The notes: a model not told the origin generated them from the sequence alone. A stretch of DNA of 64,000 bases from the human T2T-CHM13v2.0 reference genome, Homo sapiens (GCF_009914755.1 NC_060932.1); one strand, 5' to 3'. Shown: positions 14,951-33,425, numbered from the stretch's first letter. A program made the numbers and translations.

Positions 14951-15299
14951 TTTTGTGAGATAGAAATAGGCACAGTCACTGGGTCATGACATTCTAGATG
15001 GTCCTTGTTTTCCAATTTACAGTATTTTTAATGATAGTGGTGGTGGTAGTATGTATATGCACACATGCATCTGTGTGTTTTATACTGAGTTTATATAATA
15101 GTCATAATAAAATGAATTAAATAGCCTATTTGTATAATATTTAATAGTTTGAGAGAAACTATTCACGGAGGATTATATCAAGATATCAAGTCTTCATATC
15201 TTGAAGCTCAACAAACAGGTGGACTTTCAATGCAAGTAACAAAAATCCATGTGCAATCTCATTTAAGCAAAAATAGTTACTATTTTGCTAAAATGTTTG

Positions 15300-18130
<2,831 letters not shown>

Positions 18131-18519
18131 GATTATCTAAATGGAGTTTAATAATAGGCAAAAGCCAGATTAGTGACTGCCTCTAGGAGAAAAAGTAAGT
18201 ACCAACAGGAGGTGGGATGGGGATTGATAAAAGAAAGAGGAAACTTTTGAGGGTTATGAGTGTATACTGATCATAGGGATATATACATTCATCAAAACAT
18301 ATTGTGCATTTTACATCTATGTCTTGTAGTTTGTATAAACTTTACTGCAGTGAAAGTATACAAAAGGCATACATGACTATACAAATGATGTACATAAAAT
18401 ATCTCTTTTAACCTCTAATGTTGATCAAATAAATTAGTATGAAGTTAGTGTATCAATACTGATCATGGACTAATCAAACCTGAATACCATACTCATCACT
18501 GGTGGTGCCTCTAAATCAT

Positions 18520-19360
18520 CTATAACCAAAGATGCTTATTGATTTCCTCAAGAAAACGTAATAAGAAAGTGTATTTTGCTAATTTCCTTGATCTATGAAA
18601 CACTATTACAAATAAGAAAAATGAAAAACTTAATAGAAATATGAGCAAAACATACATTTTATAGAAAAAATAACAGATTAAAACACGGAAAGTTTTCAGC
18701 TTTATTTAAAGTCAATGGTTTGCAAAGTAAAACAACATTCTATTTTCACCTATAAGACTAACAAAGATCGTTTGACTACCATGTTGGTGAGAGCCATTCT
18801 CTTTCCTAATTAATAGCAGTATAATTGGTTAAAATTTTCTTCGGATGGTAAGTAGACAAGATCAAAATTGAATAACCCAATGCTCTTTGACCTAGTAATT
18901 CTGCTTATAAATATTTGTCCAACATATATACTTGGACATTAACAAAGACATATATATATACAGGAATGTTCATTGTACCATAACGATAGAAAAGATGTCA
19001 AAGATCCCTAATTGTATACCAATAGAGAACTGGCTAAATAAAAAAAAAGTATGACTATATAAAAGAATAATAAGCTACCATTAAAGAGAATAAAGTAGAT
19101 ATGTACATGTTGATATGAAGATGTCACTAAGATTTTGTATTTAGTAGAAAACATTTATATTTTGAAGACTAGTGAATAGAATACACTCTCATTGTATAAA
19201 AACAAGTATATATGGATGACTGAAAATGTTTAGGAAGGACACGGAGAAACTGTTGATGATTACCTTCCTGAGTCTGAGCTAAGAGGGAGACTCAATAATC
19301 ACTGCATATCTTTTAGTACTGTTTGACTTTTTACTATGTGCTGCAAAATTTTAATAATGA
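18520..19360 (+). mobile_element. Old L1 (L1ME-like) 3' fragment
   Basis: ctctttgacctagtaattctgctt...ggaatgttcattgta...aatagagaactggctaaataaa. Confidence 0.65.
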
Positions 19361-19459
19361 TACTAAATACCTTAACAAATATGATTTTTAAACATTAAAA
19401 TGACAAAAAGAACACCCAAATTTATTCATATCATATTCAAAAAGAGAGTTTAATTCTAA

Positions 19460-19805
<346 letters not shown>

Positions 19806-20686
19806 TTTTTTTTTTTTCCTTAACCATGACTTCTATAAGACATTCTCTGCTCAGTTGCCCCAAAGAGCTGAAGTCCTAACATATGGTTTTTTTTTTCTTT
19901 TAATCTTAGAAAAATTATAATCTGGTATACTGTGTGAGATTTTATGGATGCAATAATATCGCAGGGTTTAATAATTTTTACAGTATGTCATTGCCTAGTC
20001 TCCTTCTGTAATTCTTTGGAAAACTGACAATATTTATTAGTCCTTTGCCAAAAATACCAATCAATTTAAGCCACTCTGTTAAGTATGTAGTCCAACAGCT
20101 CATCTTCCAGGTTTCCTTATACTCCAAACCATGCCAGTTTTTTATCTAATTAATAGGCCCCAAAGATTATGCTTGCTAATCTCAGCTGTACTAATGCCCA
20201 TGATAATTCCTAAAACAAATGCTATTTTCTGTATTGAACTTTTCTGATGAACTTTTTTTTTTAAAAAATCACCTTTTCAAACCACACTTAATAGATTCTA
20301 ACCAATTATTTAACATAAAATTCTAAATAAAATTTCTTCTGTCTGAAGGTGAGAACTGTATTTGTGTTTCTTTGATTAGAAATATTAACCTTCCCTGATA
20401 AGAATTCAGTTCTACTATGTAGTAGTAAAATATCACAATGAGTTTTATTTAAAGTCTATTAGTTAAAAACATGTTTGCTGGTGGCTAAGAGTCTCTCAAA
20501 AATAAGATAATCTCTTATTTAATTACTTGGAAAAATGGTGATTCACACACATTCTAATTGCAATTTTAATAGCAGTCACTGACAACTCACCCAAGTAAAA
20601 TCAATACAATTTTAATAATACTTACCCAGGAATAAGATACATCAAAAACAAATTTTGAGTCAAATAAATTAAGAAAGATCAAACCT

Positions 20687-20911
<225 letters not shown>

Positions 20912-21124
20912 TCAAACCTATGCCCTGAGTTTTCATCGTTTTTTTTCCAGATGTCCTAATTAACTTAGGTAGACGAAATATTAATCAATGACGTGATTAA
21001 AGAAGCATAACCAGGGGAGGAAAAGGAGCATAAAATAATTGTTCAGATTAACTTGAACTTGGGTTTGAATCACAACTCTTATGCTTACTACTCATCTGAC
21101 CTTGGGCTACAACCTGTAAAGCTG

Positions 21125-21164
21125 TGATGATGATGATGATGATGATGATGATAATAATAATAAT
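21125..21164. repeat. (GAT)n(AAT)n microsatellite inside a MIR remnant
   Basis: Read directly; MIR motifs flank it (gggtttgaatc...tgaccttggg). Confidence 0.9.
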
Positions 21165-21272
21165 ACATTTCCCTACGAGACAACATTGGGTAGTTTAAAT
21201 GAGCTTAGTTCACAGTAAATCAATAAATCATAACTATAAGATTATTATTGATAAAGAATCTTTATTAGTTTG

Positions 21273-21434
21273 TATTTTCCTACAAACTATATAAAGGTAT
21301 TACTTTATATATAAAGGTATATTTTCCTACAAGCTATATAAAGGTATTACTTTATATACGAATATATATATAAAGTATTACTTTATATATACACTTTGCA
21401 TATTTTCCTACAAAATATATAAAGGTATTACTTT
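21273..21434. repeat. AT-rich palindromic minisatellite (3 copies of tattttcctacaa..tatataaaggtattacttt)
   Basis: Copies begin at about 21273, 21320 and 21401. Confidence 0.85.
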
Positions 21435-22009
21435 TGGTGATAGCCATTTACTGTGAGAAAAACAGAAAAAAAATCCCTCTGCTACATTAAGACTAAGATA
21501 TATATCAGACCTCATGGAAAATCAAAATAGTTGTTCAGCCTTTCAAGATACAACCTGAGTTTTAGGGTCCCACTTTTTGGTTGGCATTTATGCTTTCTAA
21601 GAGAAAACATCTGAACTGCTCAATTAGTTACTATCCAATATGATCCAAGGGACAAAATTCTTGTCAAGTAACTTCTTTATTTTCAACCCTAAGCATGAAC
21701 ACAAATCCCTGGCCCAACTGGTCCAAGCCAGAAGATAAAGGATAGATTCACTGATTGATCATCACATATGCTGCCCAAGGCAACTTTATTTTATTTTATT
21801 TAAATTTTCAATCAACTGAGTTTTAGATTCAACAGCAATTTTAGGCAGAAAGAATGGGAGAAAACCACTTTCCTCAGGAGAAGGATGTCAGCATGGCAGG
21901 AAAGTAAGCCTTCATGAAAATATCTCTAGTACAATAGTCCAGCTGGAAAATTCACAAATCTGATGATGCGGTGTCTAGCAATTGACTGTAATCAGCCCAC
22001 CAGGGCACG

Positions 22010-22220
22010 CCCTCTGGCCCTGTGGCCTAAGGACTCTCTCAAGGAGGTCAGCGGAGCAATCACAGGGCTCAGCTTATTGATTTGTCCTCTCTTAGGGATC
22101 ACTACTTTGTGCTGTCCCATGTCCAGTGTCTGAACACCATTGTTTTACATACTTTGTCTCCCTTTTTTTCAATTAGTTGTTTTAGGCAGGAAGATAAATC
22201 TGGTCACTGTTACTCTCTGT
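22010..22220 (-). mobile_element. Old L1 (L1M) 5'-end fragment
   Basis: cagggctc...ctctcttagggatcact...tgtccagtgtctgaa...aaatctggtcactgttactc. Confidence 0.55.
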
Positions 22221-23775
22221 TATCCAAAAGTAGACATCAGCCCTATATATTTGATTGAAATACATTGAAAACATAAACTCTCAAATGCATAGGGGGAAAG
22301 AGGATGTCTGAGAATATAGAAATTCTCAAAGAAGGTTGACCTTTAGATAAATTGATGTGAGATAAATTGGTTTAAGGCAAAACAATCTGTTTCTAAGTTT
22401 TCATGTAAGCTATCATTTTTCTATCTGAAAATGATAGTAGTATTCCAGGAAAGAGTCAAGGGCTAACTAGAACTTCAGTCAGACCATGAAAAATAGCAGC
22501 CACCGCCACAGTCAGCTGAATGCTGTACTTCTCCAGGTTTCTCCCATGCATGGGTCAAGAGAGATGAATTGTAGGTGTCAATTTGATGGCAAGCCTCTTA
22601 TAATCTTTCATTTATTAACCATGTGGATTCTACCATAGTGCAAAAAGGAGAGTATACCAATAATCCAAAGAGATTAAATGAAGTCATAGGATTCCATACA
22701 AGAAAAACCTCTATAAATTTTAATGGTAATTGACTTCAGAGAAGCATATCTACACTATATCCATCTCCACAGAAGAGCCTAAGGAAACTCTATTGATACT
22801 TAGTTTCTAGAGGCAAAATATGAGTAACCCTCAACCCCCTAAAAGACTGACCAGTGTCCACAGGTCATGAAGCCACTGTTTCATTTTCTTTCTGGACAGA
22901 CTGCTCAGAACAGGACCCATACCATTCACTCAGCCAATATCGCAATCATGCATTCAACAATTACCCTAGTAGACCCTGTGCCACATGCTGGAGGTATTAT
23001 TACAATCAAGACATTCCTCACATATTTTTGTCTTCTTCCTAACCCCATGGGGAGGATGGGTCTGCCAAGCCTGCCTGATAAGACTAATTCCTTAGAGCTT
23101 ATGCAGGTGACATTAAGTCCTATGCAGTTCAAATGCTTTTGAGACCCTTGTTTAAAAAATAAAAAGCTATGGAGAGTGTAGGTATTACTGTACTCTCTCC
23201 CTCACCAGTTTTAAGCAGTCAACTCAGAAACATCTGGTAACCATCACTGGAAAGTGGCCCACTACCTGCGCTTGTTCCATGCTGATGACTGGTGATGGTG
23301 CTACTTCAGAGCTGAATTCTCTGATCTAATGTCTTCTTCACGCATATTCTTTTCCCCTGAACCCCGCCTTCAAGGAAACTGTGCACACTTATGTCCCTTT
23401 GTTTCTTTTGTCTCTCATCCTAAATTTTAAAAAACTGTCCATTTGTTCTATTTCTAATTTTTTATTTGTATTGGAATTACAGCTTTATTGTTTCTGATTG
23501 TTTCGTATAACATATGTAACTTCCCTTTTTGAGGCTGCTCTGGTACCCTGAGTTAATGGGAAATCTATCTGAAGTTGCAAAACCATAATTCACATATGAG
23601 CCTTTGTAAGCCAGCCTTTTTGCAAGTTGAAGTGCTCTATACCTGCATATACAACGCTCTTGACATATTTCCTATGTGCTTGCCCCTATGTTCTTCATGA
23701 AACTGGGGAAGGATGCGGTATGGTCAAGAGGGGAGTGCCTGGAAGATAAAACAGTCTGTGAAGGAGTATTGAACA

Positions 23776-23944
<169 letters not shown>

Positions 23945-24114
23945 TAAAAGCCTGGGCAAAATAATTCAGAGAGACTGTAAATAAATGGCCTCCTTCAATA
24001 AAACAAATTATAAAATTTCTAAGATGTTAGATGTTGAAGAGCTCTAGAAAGAAAATCTCTGAGTGAGAGCAATTACATTTAAAGAAGCCCTGAGTCTCTC
24101 ACTTGAGTTTTTTC

Positions 24115-24315
24115 TCTAGAGCTGCATTGTTTCCTAGTGTAGCCATTTAAGTCAAAATTGGCCATTTAAGTCAAAATTAAATAAAATTTGGAATTTAGTT
24201 CCTCAGTCATACTAGTCACATTTCAAATGATCAGTTGGCCAATGGTGATTAAGGGTGACCAGATTGGCCAGCACAGAGATTTCCATTGTTAGAGAAAGTT
24301 CAGCACTGCTCTAGA
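24115..24315. mobile_element. MER3/MER33-like hAT MITE with an internal 18-bp tandem duplication
   Basis: atttagttcctcagtcatactagtcacatttcaa core; ctctaga on both flanks; gccatttaagtcaaaatt twice. Confidence 0.7.
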
Positions 24316-26166
24316 ATTCTTGTTTGATTCCCAACTTTCAAGAGCTCATCAATGGCCTATTGGAACTCCAGCCTAAACATGGACAAAAATACTTCTATTT
24401 AGGAGAGGCAAGACAATGACGTCAAAGAGTGTTATCTAATACTAAAGAAAAATAAGAAAGTGATCCTAATCAGTAATAAAGGACTAAAGATAGTTGCATC
24501 TAAGGTAGAGGTTTCTAACATTTCAAGTTAAAAGAAAAAAGGAAAGCTGGTACAACTTTACAGATCCTGGTATCTACTCCTGCCAGGTTCTCATTTACCC
24601 TGAGGAAAACAAAAAGGCGAATTTCTTGTGGTCTCAGCAACTTTCCTCATATGTCATAGGCAACTGACAAAAAAAAAATGGAAGGCTTATAAGTCAGTTT
24701 CAAGTTTCTTATCTATCTACAGTCTACAACCTCATCCCCAGTTTTATCCGAATCTTTTCAATTGAGGTTGTTAGAGCTCTGACCTAGGGGTTCTTACTCC
24801 TGTTTCATCTTTAGCATAACCAAGGATGTGCAAACTCCTTACGGTAGGAAAGGATCATTGCAAAGCTGATTCTCAATCCAGAGAAATGGAAACCCAAAAT
24901 GTTTATAGGCAGGAGTGATGTATATTTTTAAAAATTCATCCGCATGATGCTGATATGCCTTTCTGGAAGGAAAAACACCTATCTTTATTAAAAATGATGA
25001 TTTCTCACATGTAATTGTGTTCTGAAGATATATGTATAGTAATGGCATTTTTGGTATTACTTGGTTTGTGTGATAGAATAAAATGTTAGAATTTAAAAAA
25101 AATGATGATTTCTAATACATATTTCACAACAAAACTCTGGAAAGTTCTAACCCTTCCCATCATTCCCAGGTTATCAGTTTTTCTCTGGAGCATTTTATAA
25201 GTACATTCATCTAAAAGTGCCATACTTGATTACAGGAAATTAGTCTTAGACATTAACAGCCCCATATGTAATAATAAAATCATCATATAATGAGTATAAA
25301 TGTGACTATTGAAATAAAAATGATTTCAGTACTCATATATGGATAAGTAATAAAATGTCTTTCATATACCTCTTGCTTTTCTGAATGTTCTGCCTCCACT
25401 GAATCTGCAACCTCCAGCACTTAGATACTACACTGAATGCCAGCTGTTAGTATAAATACCAACGAGCCAAACGTCCCTTTGTTTATTTTGTCTTACCACG
25501 TTCCAGCACAAAAACACTAGAAGACATGCCAAAGTGGTGGATGAGTGTTTATGTGTCAGTCCTAGGAGAAATATGTGAAATTGTTGTTTTTACTAAATTG
25601 AGTCAATTACGATAAGAGCATTTCCTTATCAAAGAGGACACATGTTAGTAACAACGGGAAGAAAAAGTGGTGGTATATTATGTTGTAAACTAATAATTGT
25701 CTTCATTGTGTTTTATATATGTAACTAAAGGAATACATATTTTTATATCACTTGTGGTTTGCTACTAACAAGAAGGCAATAAATCTTAACACCATATTTT
25801 TCATGTATAGGAAGTAATGAGAAGGATGTCACACCAGAAAATTTAACATGGTCCAAAGGAAGAAGAAAGAAAAAGAAAAGGAAAAGTCCATTTTAAAGTC
25901 TTTCTAGGACATTTTGCTACCTAAAGGTGGCAATAAGAGTACTTGAATCTGTGGCTGGCAGACGATGAAACAGCTTCAAAGCCCCAAGTCCAGCAACACC
26001 TGAAAACAGGAAGTGGGCATTAAAACTCTTCTGCATGATAATATAAAGCATTGTTTCCAAAATGAAACAATTGGTAGGGGAATCTATATAGAATATGATG
26101 TGTTTAGAAAATATTTCTCTTCTTTATTGTAAAGTTAGGCTGAATTGTTTCTAAGAATTATTATCT

Positions 26167-26444
26167 GGCCAGGTGTGGTGGCTCATGCCTGTAATCCCAG
26201 CACTTTGGGAGGCAGAGGCGGGCAGGTCACCTGAGGTCGGGAGTTGGAGACCAGCCTGACTAACATGGAGAAACCCCGTCTCTACAAAAAATACACTGGT
26301 CATGGTGGTATATGCCTGTAATCCCAGCTACTCGGGAAGGCTGAGGCAGGAGAATCGCTTGAACCCAGGAGGTGGAGGTTGCGGTGAGCCGAGATCGCAC
26401 CATTGCACAACAGCCTGGGCAACAAGAGCAAAACTCCATCTAAC

Positions 26445-26475
<31 letters not shown>
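26167..26475 (+). mobile_element. Alu SINE (AluSp-like) with (TAAA)n tail
   Basis: Alu head, catggagaaacccc, shortened linker; agaat(t/g)attatc on both flanks. Confidence 0.96.
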
Positions 26476-26499
26476 AGAATGATTATCCATCTTTGGGAG

Positions 26500-26930
26500 A
26501 TGTGTGTGGTTACGTACTATATGATTTCATTTATTGATGTTCTTGAAATAATAAAAGTGTGATGATGAATCCATAGATCATTGTCAAGGGTGAAGTTTGG
26601 CAGGCGGGTGTGACTGTAAGGTAGAAGCACAAGAAATTTCTTTGGGGTGATGGAGGTGTGGCCGCCTGACTGCGGTGGTGGCCTCACAAATCTATACATG
26701 AGATAAAATTTTGTACTATACATTTTTTTAGTGCAGAAAAAAACTGGTGAAATCCAAATAAATCCTGTAGTTTAGTTAATTGTTTGCATTGATGTCTTTT
26801 TTCTGGTTTTGAAAACTATGCTATACTTTTGTACATTATTGTCATTGGGGAAGCTAGGTGAAGGATATACAAAACTATATTTTCTACTTTTGCAACTTCT
26901 ATGTGAGTCTAAAATTATTTCTGATTTTTA
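26500..26930 (+). mobile_element. Old L1 (L1MC/ME) 3' UTR
   Basis: ggggtgatggag...aaaactggtgaaatccaaataa...cattggggaagctaggtgaaggatatac. Confidence 0.7.
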
Positions 26931-27303
26931 ATTATTATAAAAATTGTTTAAATTTTTAATTAAAAAATCATTTTTAATGTAAACATTTTAAAAAGAAAAC
27001 CTAAACTCAGAGTGCAAAGGAAGTTTTCGTATATTTTTGTAAGTTTTTGGTCAGCTTTAAAATATCCAAAAGGCTATCAAGTGGCTTCTAGAATCTCCAG
27101 AGAACCAGGCTCTGAAGCCACACAGCCAGGCATAAGCTCAAATAATGCCACAGATATGGTCCAATGAAGATATCACAGCACTGCAGCTTCTAACTTTAGC
27201 ACTGCAGCACTGGAGACCTAACACTGCCACAAACATCACTGCCCCTGTTGCCTCTGGGAGCTGGATGTAACTACTTCCTTAGATCCCAAAAAAGTTTGTG
27301 CAG

Positions 27304-27659
<356 letters not shown>

Positions 27660-27851
27660 TCAGGGTCTGTTTGTATCTATCTGATGGAGGGCCTCTAGGG
27701 CATAGGATATAGCCCTTTCTGCAAAGGACAGTGGGAACAGGGTTAGCTAGCACTTTCAGCCTTCATAGTGAAAAGCAGAATCTCCCTCAAAAGGTGGGTG
27801 ATTCTCCAAATATGATAAGGAAGCGCCAAAGCTGGGTCATCAAAAGAATGA

Positions 27852-29118
27852 CAAGATCAGAAACTATGAAACTACAAGAAGAAAGCATTAGGAAAGTGCT
27901 CCAGGACACTGGTCTGGGCAAAAATTTGTTGTATAAGACCTTAAAAGCACAGGCAATAAAAGCAAGAATTGATAACTGGGATTATATCAAGCTAAAAAGC
28001 TTCTGCACAGCAAAGGAAACAATCAACAAAGTTGAGAGACAACCCATAGAATGAGAGAAAATATTTCCAAACTATCTATCTGACAAGGGATTCATATCCA
28101 GAATATACAAAAGTTCAAACAACATAACAGAAAAAAAATCAAATAATCTGGTTTTAAAAATGGGCAAAAGATCTGAATAGACATTTCTCAAAAGAAGACA
28201 TACATATCTTCTTGGCCAACAGGTATAAGAACAAATACTAAACCTCACTAATCATAATAGAAACGCAAATCCAAACCACAGTGAGATATCATTTTATCCC
28301 TGTTAAAGTGGCTTTTTATCAAAAAGACAGAGAATAATGGATGCTGGAAACGACGTGGAGAAAGGAAACCCTTGCACACTGTTGGGGGGAATGTAAATCA
28401 GTACAACCACTATTGAGAACAGTATGGAGATTCCTCAAAAAAACTAAAAACAGAACTACTGTATGATCCAGCAATTTTACTACTAGGTGTATATCCAAAG
28501 GAAGAATATCAATATATCAAAGAGATATCTACACTCCTGTTTATTGAGCACTATTCACATTAGCCAAAATATGGAATCAACCTAAGTGCCCATCTATGGA
28601 TGAATACAATTTTAAAATGTGGTGCGTTTACACAACAGAACAGAATATTATTCAGCCATAAAAATAATAAAATCCTGTCATTTGTAGCAACACAAATGGA
28701 ACTGGAGGTCATTAGGTTAAGGGAAATAAGCCAGGCACAGAAAGACAAATATCGTGTGCTCTCATTCATATGTGGGGACTGAAAAAGAGGCTGTCATGAA
28801 AATAGAGAGGAGATCAGTGGTTCCCAGAGGCCAAGAAGGGTAGGGGGAAGGAGAAAATAAAGAGAGATTGATTAATGCTTCCAAATATTACAGTTTGATA
28901 GAAAAAAAAATAAGACCTAGTGTTTAATAGATCAGTGGGGCAACTATAGTTTACAATAACCTATTGTATATTTCAAAATAGCTAGGACAGAATAATTTGA
29001 ATGTTTCTAAGTGTAAAGGAAAGACTAGTATTTAAGGTGATCGCTATCCAAATTACACTAATTTGATCTTTACGAATTATGTCAATAGATTAAATTATCA
29101 CATGTGCCCTGGAAAAAA
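27852..29118 (+). mobile_element. L1 (L1MA/L1PB-like) 3' part of ORF2 plus 3' UTR
   Basis: Translates to [22 protein letters not shown] and ILSFVATQMELEVI (L1 ORF2 C-terminus); frameshifted. Confidence 0.92.
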
Positions 29119-32100
29119 ATGACAAAGATCTACCACAAATAATAAGCAGAAGCATGGCCTTTCCCACATCATGCCTCTGCCAACTGAGCCAAATGTTTAT
29201 CCTAATAAGAAGGTGAGCCTGGTCCACAGGGGTAACCATCCGTGATGCCAGTAGCCTAAGGTACAGCAGCAGCAAGGTCTCTCAACAGGGATGGCTTAGG
29301 AGTGGATATGGGGCAAGCTTCTTAAATTTCCAAAATATATTTAAAGAGGAAGTTGCTTCTTGAGGGGAAGGAAGTTAACACTTGCATTGTTGGTATGTGT
29401 GTGTGCCAATGTGTGTCAGATGTGTTGAATAGGAAAGTCATTTTTCACCCATACTAATAAAGTAATCAAATCTCTAGCACAAAAGGACTTGTAACATTTT
29501 TACTTTTGCTGCTTAGATAATTGGTAACAGGTATAATGGGAGACGATGAAAGATGAGATGCCCAGAAATGAAGATGTAAAGGAGAAAGGGAAGAAGAAGC
29601 AGCTTAACTAAAGTGCTAAGACTTAAAGGGAGCAATAAACAATATTAGTGATGGTGGGACTGAGACAAAAATCATTAAAATACAGTGTTAGTTTTGCAAA
29701 CATGAATGACCCATATGAAAATTATTCGAGCTTAATAGCATAGAAATGCAAATATAGAAGTCTACATTTCACTGGGTTTCATAAAAATCATGTCCACTTT
29801 TAGTCAACCATCAATCCCCTTTACAAATATGACCTAGCTTAGTGCAAATCCTCTAATACTAAAGCAATCGACAACAAATATATTTTCATTAATATTTCTA
29901 AAATAAATAACCTGAAGAATTGCTGATCTTATTTTGTACAAATAAGTGAACTTCACCAAAACCATCACTGCCATACACTGTCAAACAATTAACATTGTGC
30001 CACTATTTGTCTCTCCTTCTGTAACTAAAGATAGTACCCCACTGAGAACTAACTGAGAATTTTGACATTCAGGGCAAACGTGTTGCCATACTGAGAATAT
30101 AAACAACACATATGTAAATATCTTTAGGTAGATGTTTTAGGAAAATCAAAGAACTTTCAAACTCTTTTAATGTTGTAGCGATATCTAAATATGTTTTGTC
30201 TTTTGTTTTAAAATTTCCCAAGAATATTTGCTAAAGGCATTTGCTTCTTCAACTTCTTTTAAAAATAAGTTCTGTCACTGCTAGCTGCTCCTAAAGAAAA
30301 ATTTTACAATTGTTTAAATTATGGAACTGTCAGGAAATATAAATTTTAGAAGGACTTTTAAGATACTTGGGTTACTTTCATAGCCTAAATGAGGATATTT
30401 AATCACTTTCTAAAAATATATTTAGAATCACACAACCCTGTGATTATTTAATTTAACTTTTGGGAAAAAAAAAATTTGCCAGTTGTCATAAGTATCAAGT
30501 TCCAACACAGCCTGAGTACAGAATTGGGAGGTTTTAATGAGAAGCTTGAGGTGTTGCTGAGGGAAAGCTTATGGCTAGAGAACAGGTGGACAGCCGAAGA
30601 AAGAACTTGGAGTGGGAATTTGTAACAAACCACATTCTCCAAGGCATTCTTGAGTCTCCCAACTCCCAGTGGAAGAGAAAGGATGACCCAGGGTACTGGG
30701 TGATGGAATTAAAGAACTAATTCAGTAAGTACACTGCTTTCCCTAGAGGAACCTAAAATTCTGAATCTCTAATCCTAGAGGAAGAAGCCACTTGAGTTTA
30801 ACTCAGGAGGCAAAAGGACAGGACAACAGGATGCTCTACAAAATCTCTAGATTCTAAGCCCAGGAGAGCTCTGTAGCTATTCATAGAGATGTATCTAGGA
30901 CTATTAAGCCAGCAGAATGGGTTCCTGGGGACCAAGTTCCATTCTTGAGCAGAGGTAGGAGGGAGGGCAATAGAGCTTGGGTTCAAGATTGGACTCCTGT
31001 GCCAGGGATGAACTGCATTGGAAACCAATAATGATAGCTGGGTTCAAACATCACCAGACCGGGCAAATACACACTTGCAGTAAAGAAAGCAGAAGTGGGT
31101 GAGGAAGAGATCATTTGGATTTCAGATGGGTACACAGAGCCTTGCCCCAAATATGCCAGGCATATTCTAGATCTTAAGATGCCTCCAGGCCTGGTTCTTA
31201 TTGACTCACAAACTGACTGATTTTTATTGTTGTGAAAGGGCAGGTTCATGATTTAGTGTCATTATTCCAGTAATACCTATTAATTGTAGGAGCATTTGAA
31301 AAAATACAGAAAACATTTTAAAAAGAAAATAAATATTCCATTATTCCACCATAAAAAGATGAGATAAGCTCCATTAAAAACTTTGGTATTATTCTTTCAG
31401 TATATTTCATATTACATACACACAAACACATATGCTATTATTATAAGAAAATATATTACACATTCTTCATCAGATGATCATATTATTGCAATTGCTTATT
31501 TAGTCATCTCTCCTGCCAAGAAGGCAGGAACAATATCTTCCTTACCATCATATTTCTACTACCCAGCATAATACCTAGCACAGGAAGACAGACATTATAT
31601 AATAACACTTACAAACTTTGTAGGTTTTGAAAAATACTGCCAAATGGCCCTCGTGGCAGGTTGCACCAACTTTTAAACCCACAAGCAATTATGAGAGGTT
31701 CATTTCCCTTCACTCACAACAAAACTGCATCTTATCACGTTTTAAGAATCTTTGCCATTTTGCTGGGATTAACTTGTCTCTCATTATTCTATATTTGCAT
31801 TTCTAAGCTATTAAGCTTGAATAATTTCCATATGGGCCATTTGTATTTGCAAAACAAACACTACCCCTTCAATGATTTTGCCTGGCTTCTGCCTTCACTA
31901 GTATTTATTGCCTCTTTAAAACACTAAGTTAATAGTTTTATTTGTTCCTTTGTCAGCCTCCTCTGAAAATGATGACACTTTTCAAACAGTACCACATCTT
32001 TCTACTCATTTCAGTTCAATGCTCATATAGGGCATTGTGCATACTGACTGTCCAAGCTGTGCACTAAGCAGGTGAATCTTCCCTGCCCTTGGATCGAGTA

Positions 32101-32469
32101 ATAACAGAACTTAAAGAAGGCTCCTGGGTAGGAAAATCATGGGTACTGGTAACAGAGAGATATGGATTCAAATCCTGGCTTCTCTACTTACTCACTCAAC
32201 AAGACAACCCCCAAGCATTTCAAATTTTTACTTAGGAGGAATAATACCAATTTGTCTTGCAAGGTTATGTCAATGAAAAGAGTCAAACTCTGTAAAATAT
32301 TTGAAGAGATTTATTCTGAGCCAAATATGAGTGACCAATAGCCCATGACACAGACGTCAGGATGGCTATGGCTTGGTTTTATACATTTTAGGGAGATGCA
32401 ACACATCAATCAGTACATGTAAGATGTACATTGGTTTGGTCCAGTAAGGTGGGACAACTTGAAGCAGTG

Positions 32470-32820
32470 TGCTATGGTTTGGCTTTGTGTACCCACCCAA
32501 ATCTCATCTCAAATGGTAATCCCCATGTGTCAAGGAGGGACCTGGTGGGAGGTGATTGGATCATGGGGGCAGTTCTTCCCATGCTCTGCTTGTGATGATG
32601 AGTTCTCATAAGATCTGATGGTTTAAAGGTGTGGCACTTCCTCCCAACCTCCTGCCACCAGGTAAGATGTGCCTTGCTTCTCCTTCACCTTCTGCCATGA
32701 TTGTAAGTTTCCTGAGGCCTCTCCAGCCATGCAGAACTGTAAGTCAATCAAACCTCTTTTGTTTATAAATTACCCAGTCTCAGGTAGTTCTTTATAGCAA
32801 TGTGAAAACAGACTACTACA
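32470..32820 (+). mobile_element. MaLR MST (MSTA-like) solo LTR
   Basis: tgctatggtttgg...cccacccaaatctcatctc...tacccagtctcaggtagttctttatagca...actaca; TSD cagtg/caggg. Confidence 0.9.
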
Positions 32821-33043
32821 CAGGGGCTTCCAGGTCATAGGTAAATGTAAATATTTTCTGATTAGTAATTGGCTGAAAGAGTTAAGTTATTGTCTAAAGA
32901 CCTAGAATCAATAGATGGGAATGTCTGGGTTAAAATAAAGGGTTGTGGAGACTAATAAGGGGTTGCAGAGCTTTATTGTGTAGTTGAAGCCTCCAGGTAG
33001 CAGTCTTCAGAGATAATAGTAATAATAGATTGCAAATGTTTCT

Positions 33044-33425
33044 CTTTTTTTAACTTTTATTTTAAGTTCAGGGGTACATGTGCAAGATGTGCAGGTTTAT
33101 TATATAGGTAAATGTGTGTCATGGGGGTTTATCATACAGATTATTTATCACCCAGGTATTAAGCCTAGTACCCATTAGTTATTTTTCCTGATTCTCTCCT
33201 TCCTCCCAACTTCCACCCTCCAGTAGGCCCCAGTGTGTGTTGTTCCCCTCCATGTGTCCTTGTGTTCTCATCATTTAGCTCCCATTTATGAGTGAGAACA
33301 TGCAGTATTTGGTTTTCTGCTCCTGCTTTAGTTTGCTAAGGATAATGGCCTCCAGCTCCATCCATGTCCCTGCAAAGGACATGAGCTCGTTCTTTTTCAT
33401 GGCTACATAGTATTTCATGGTGTAC
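33044..33425 (-). mobile_element. 5'-truncated L1PA 3' end with 17-bp TSD
   Basis: ttttattttaagttcaggggtacatgtgca...; TSD AGATTGCAAATGTTTCT at 33027-33043 and 33426-33442. Confidence 0.93.

Noticed and set aside
27731-28782. ORFs resembling a protein C-terminus
   Set aside because: Decayed L1 ORF2 C-terminal fragments.
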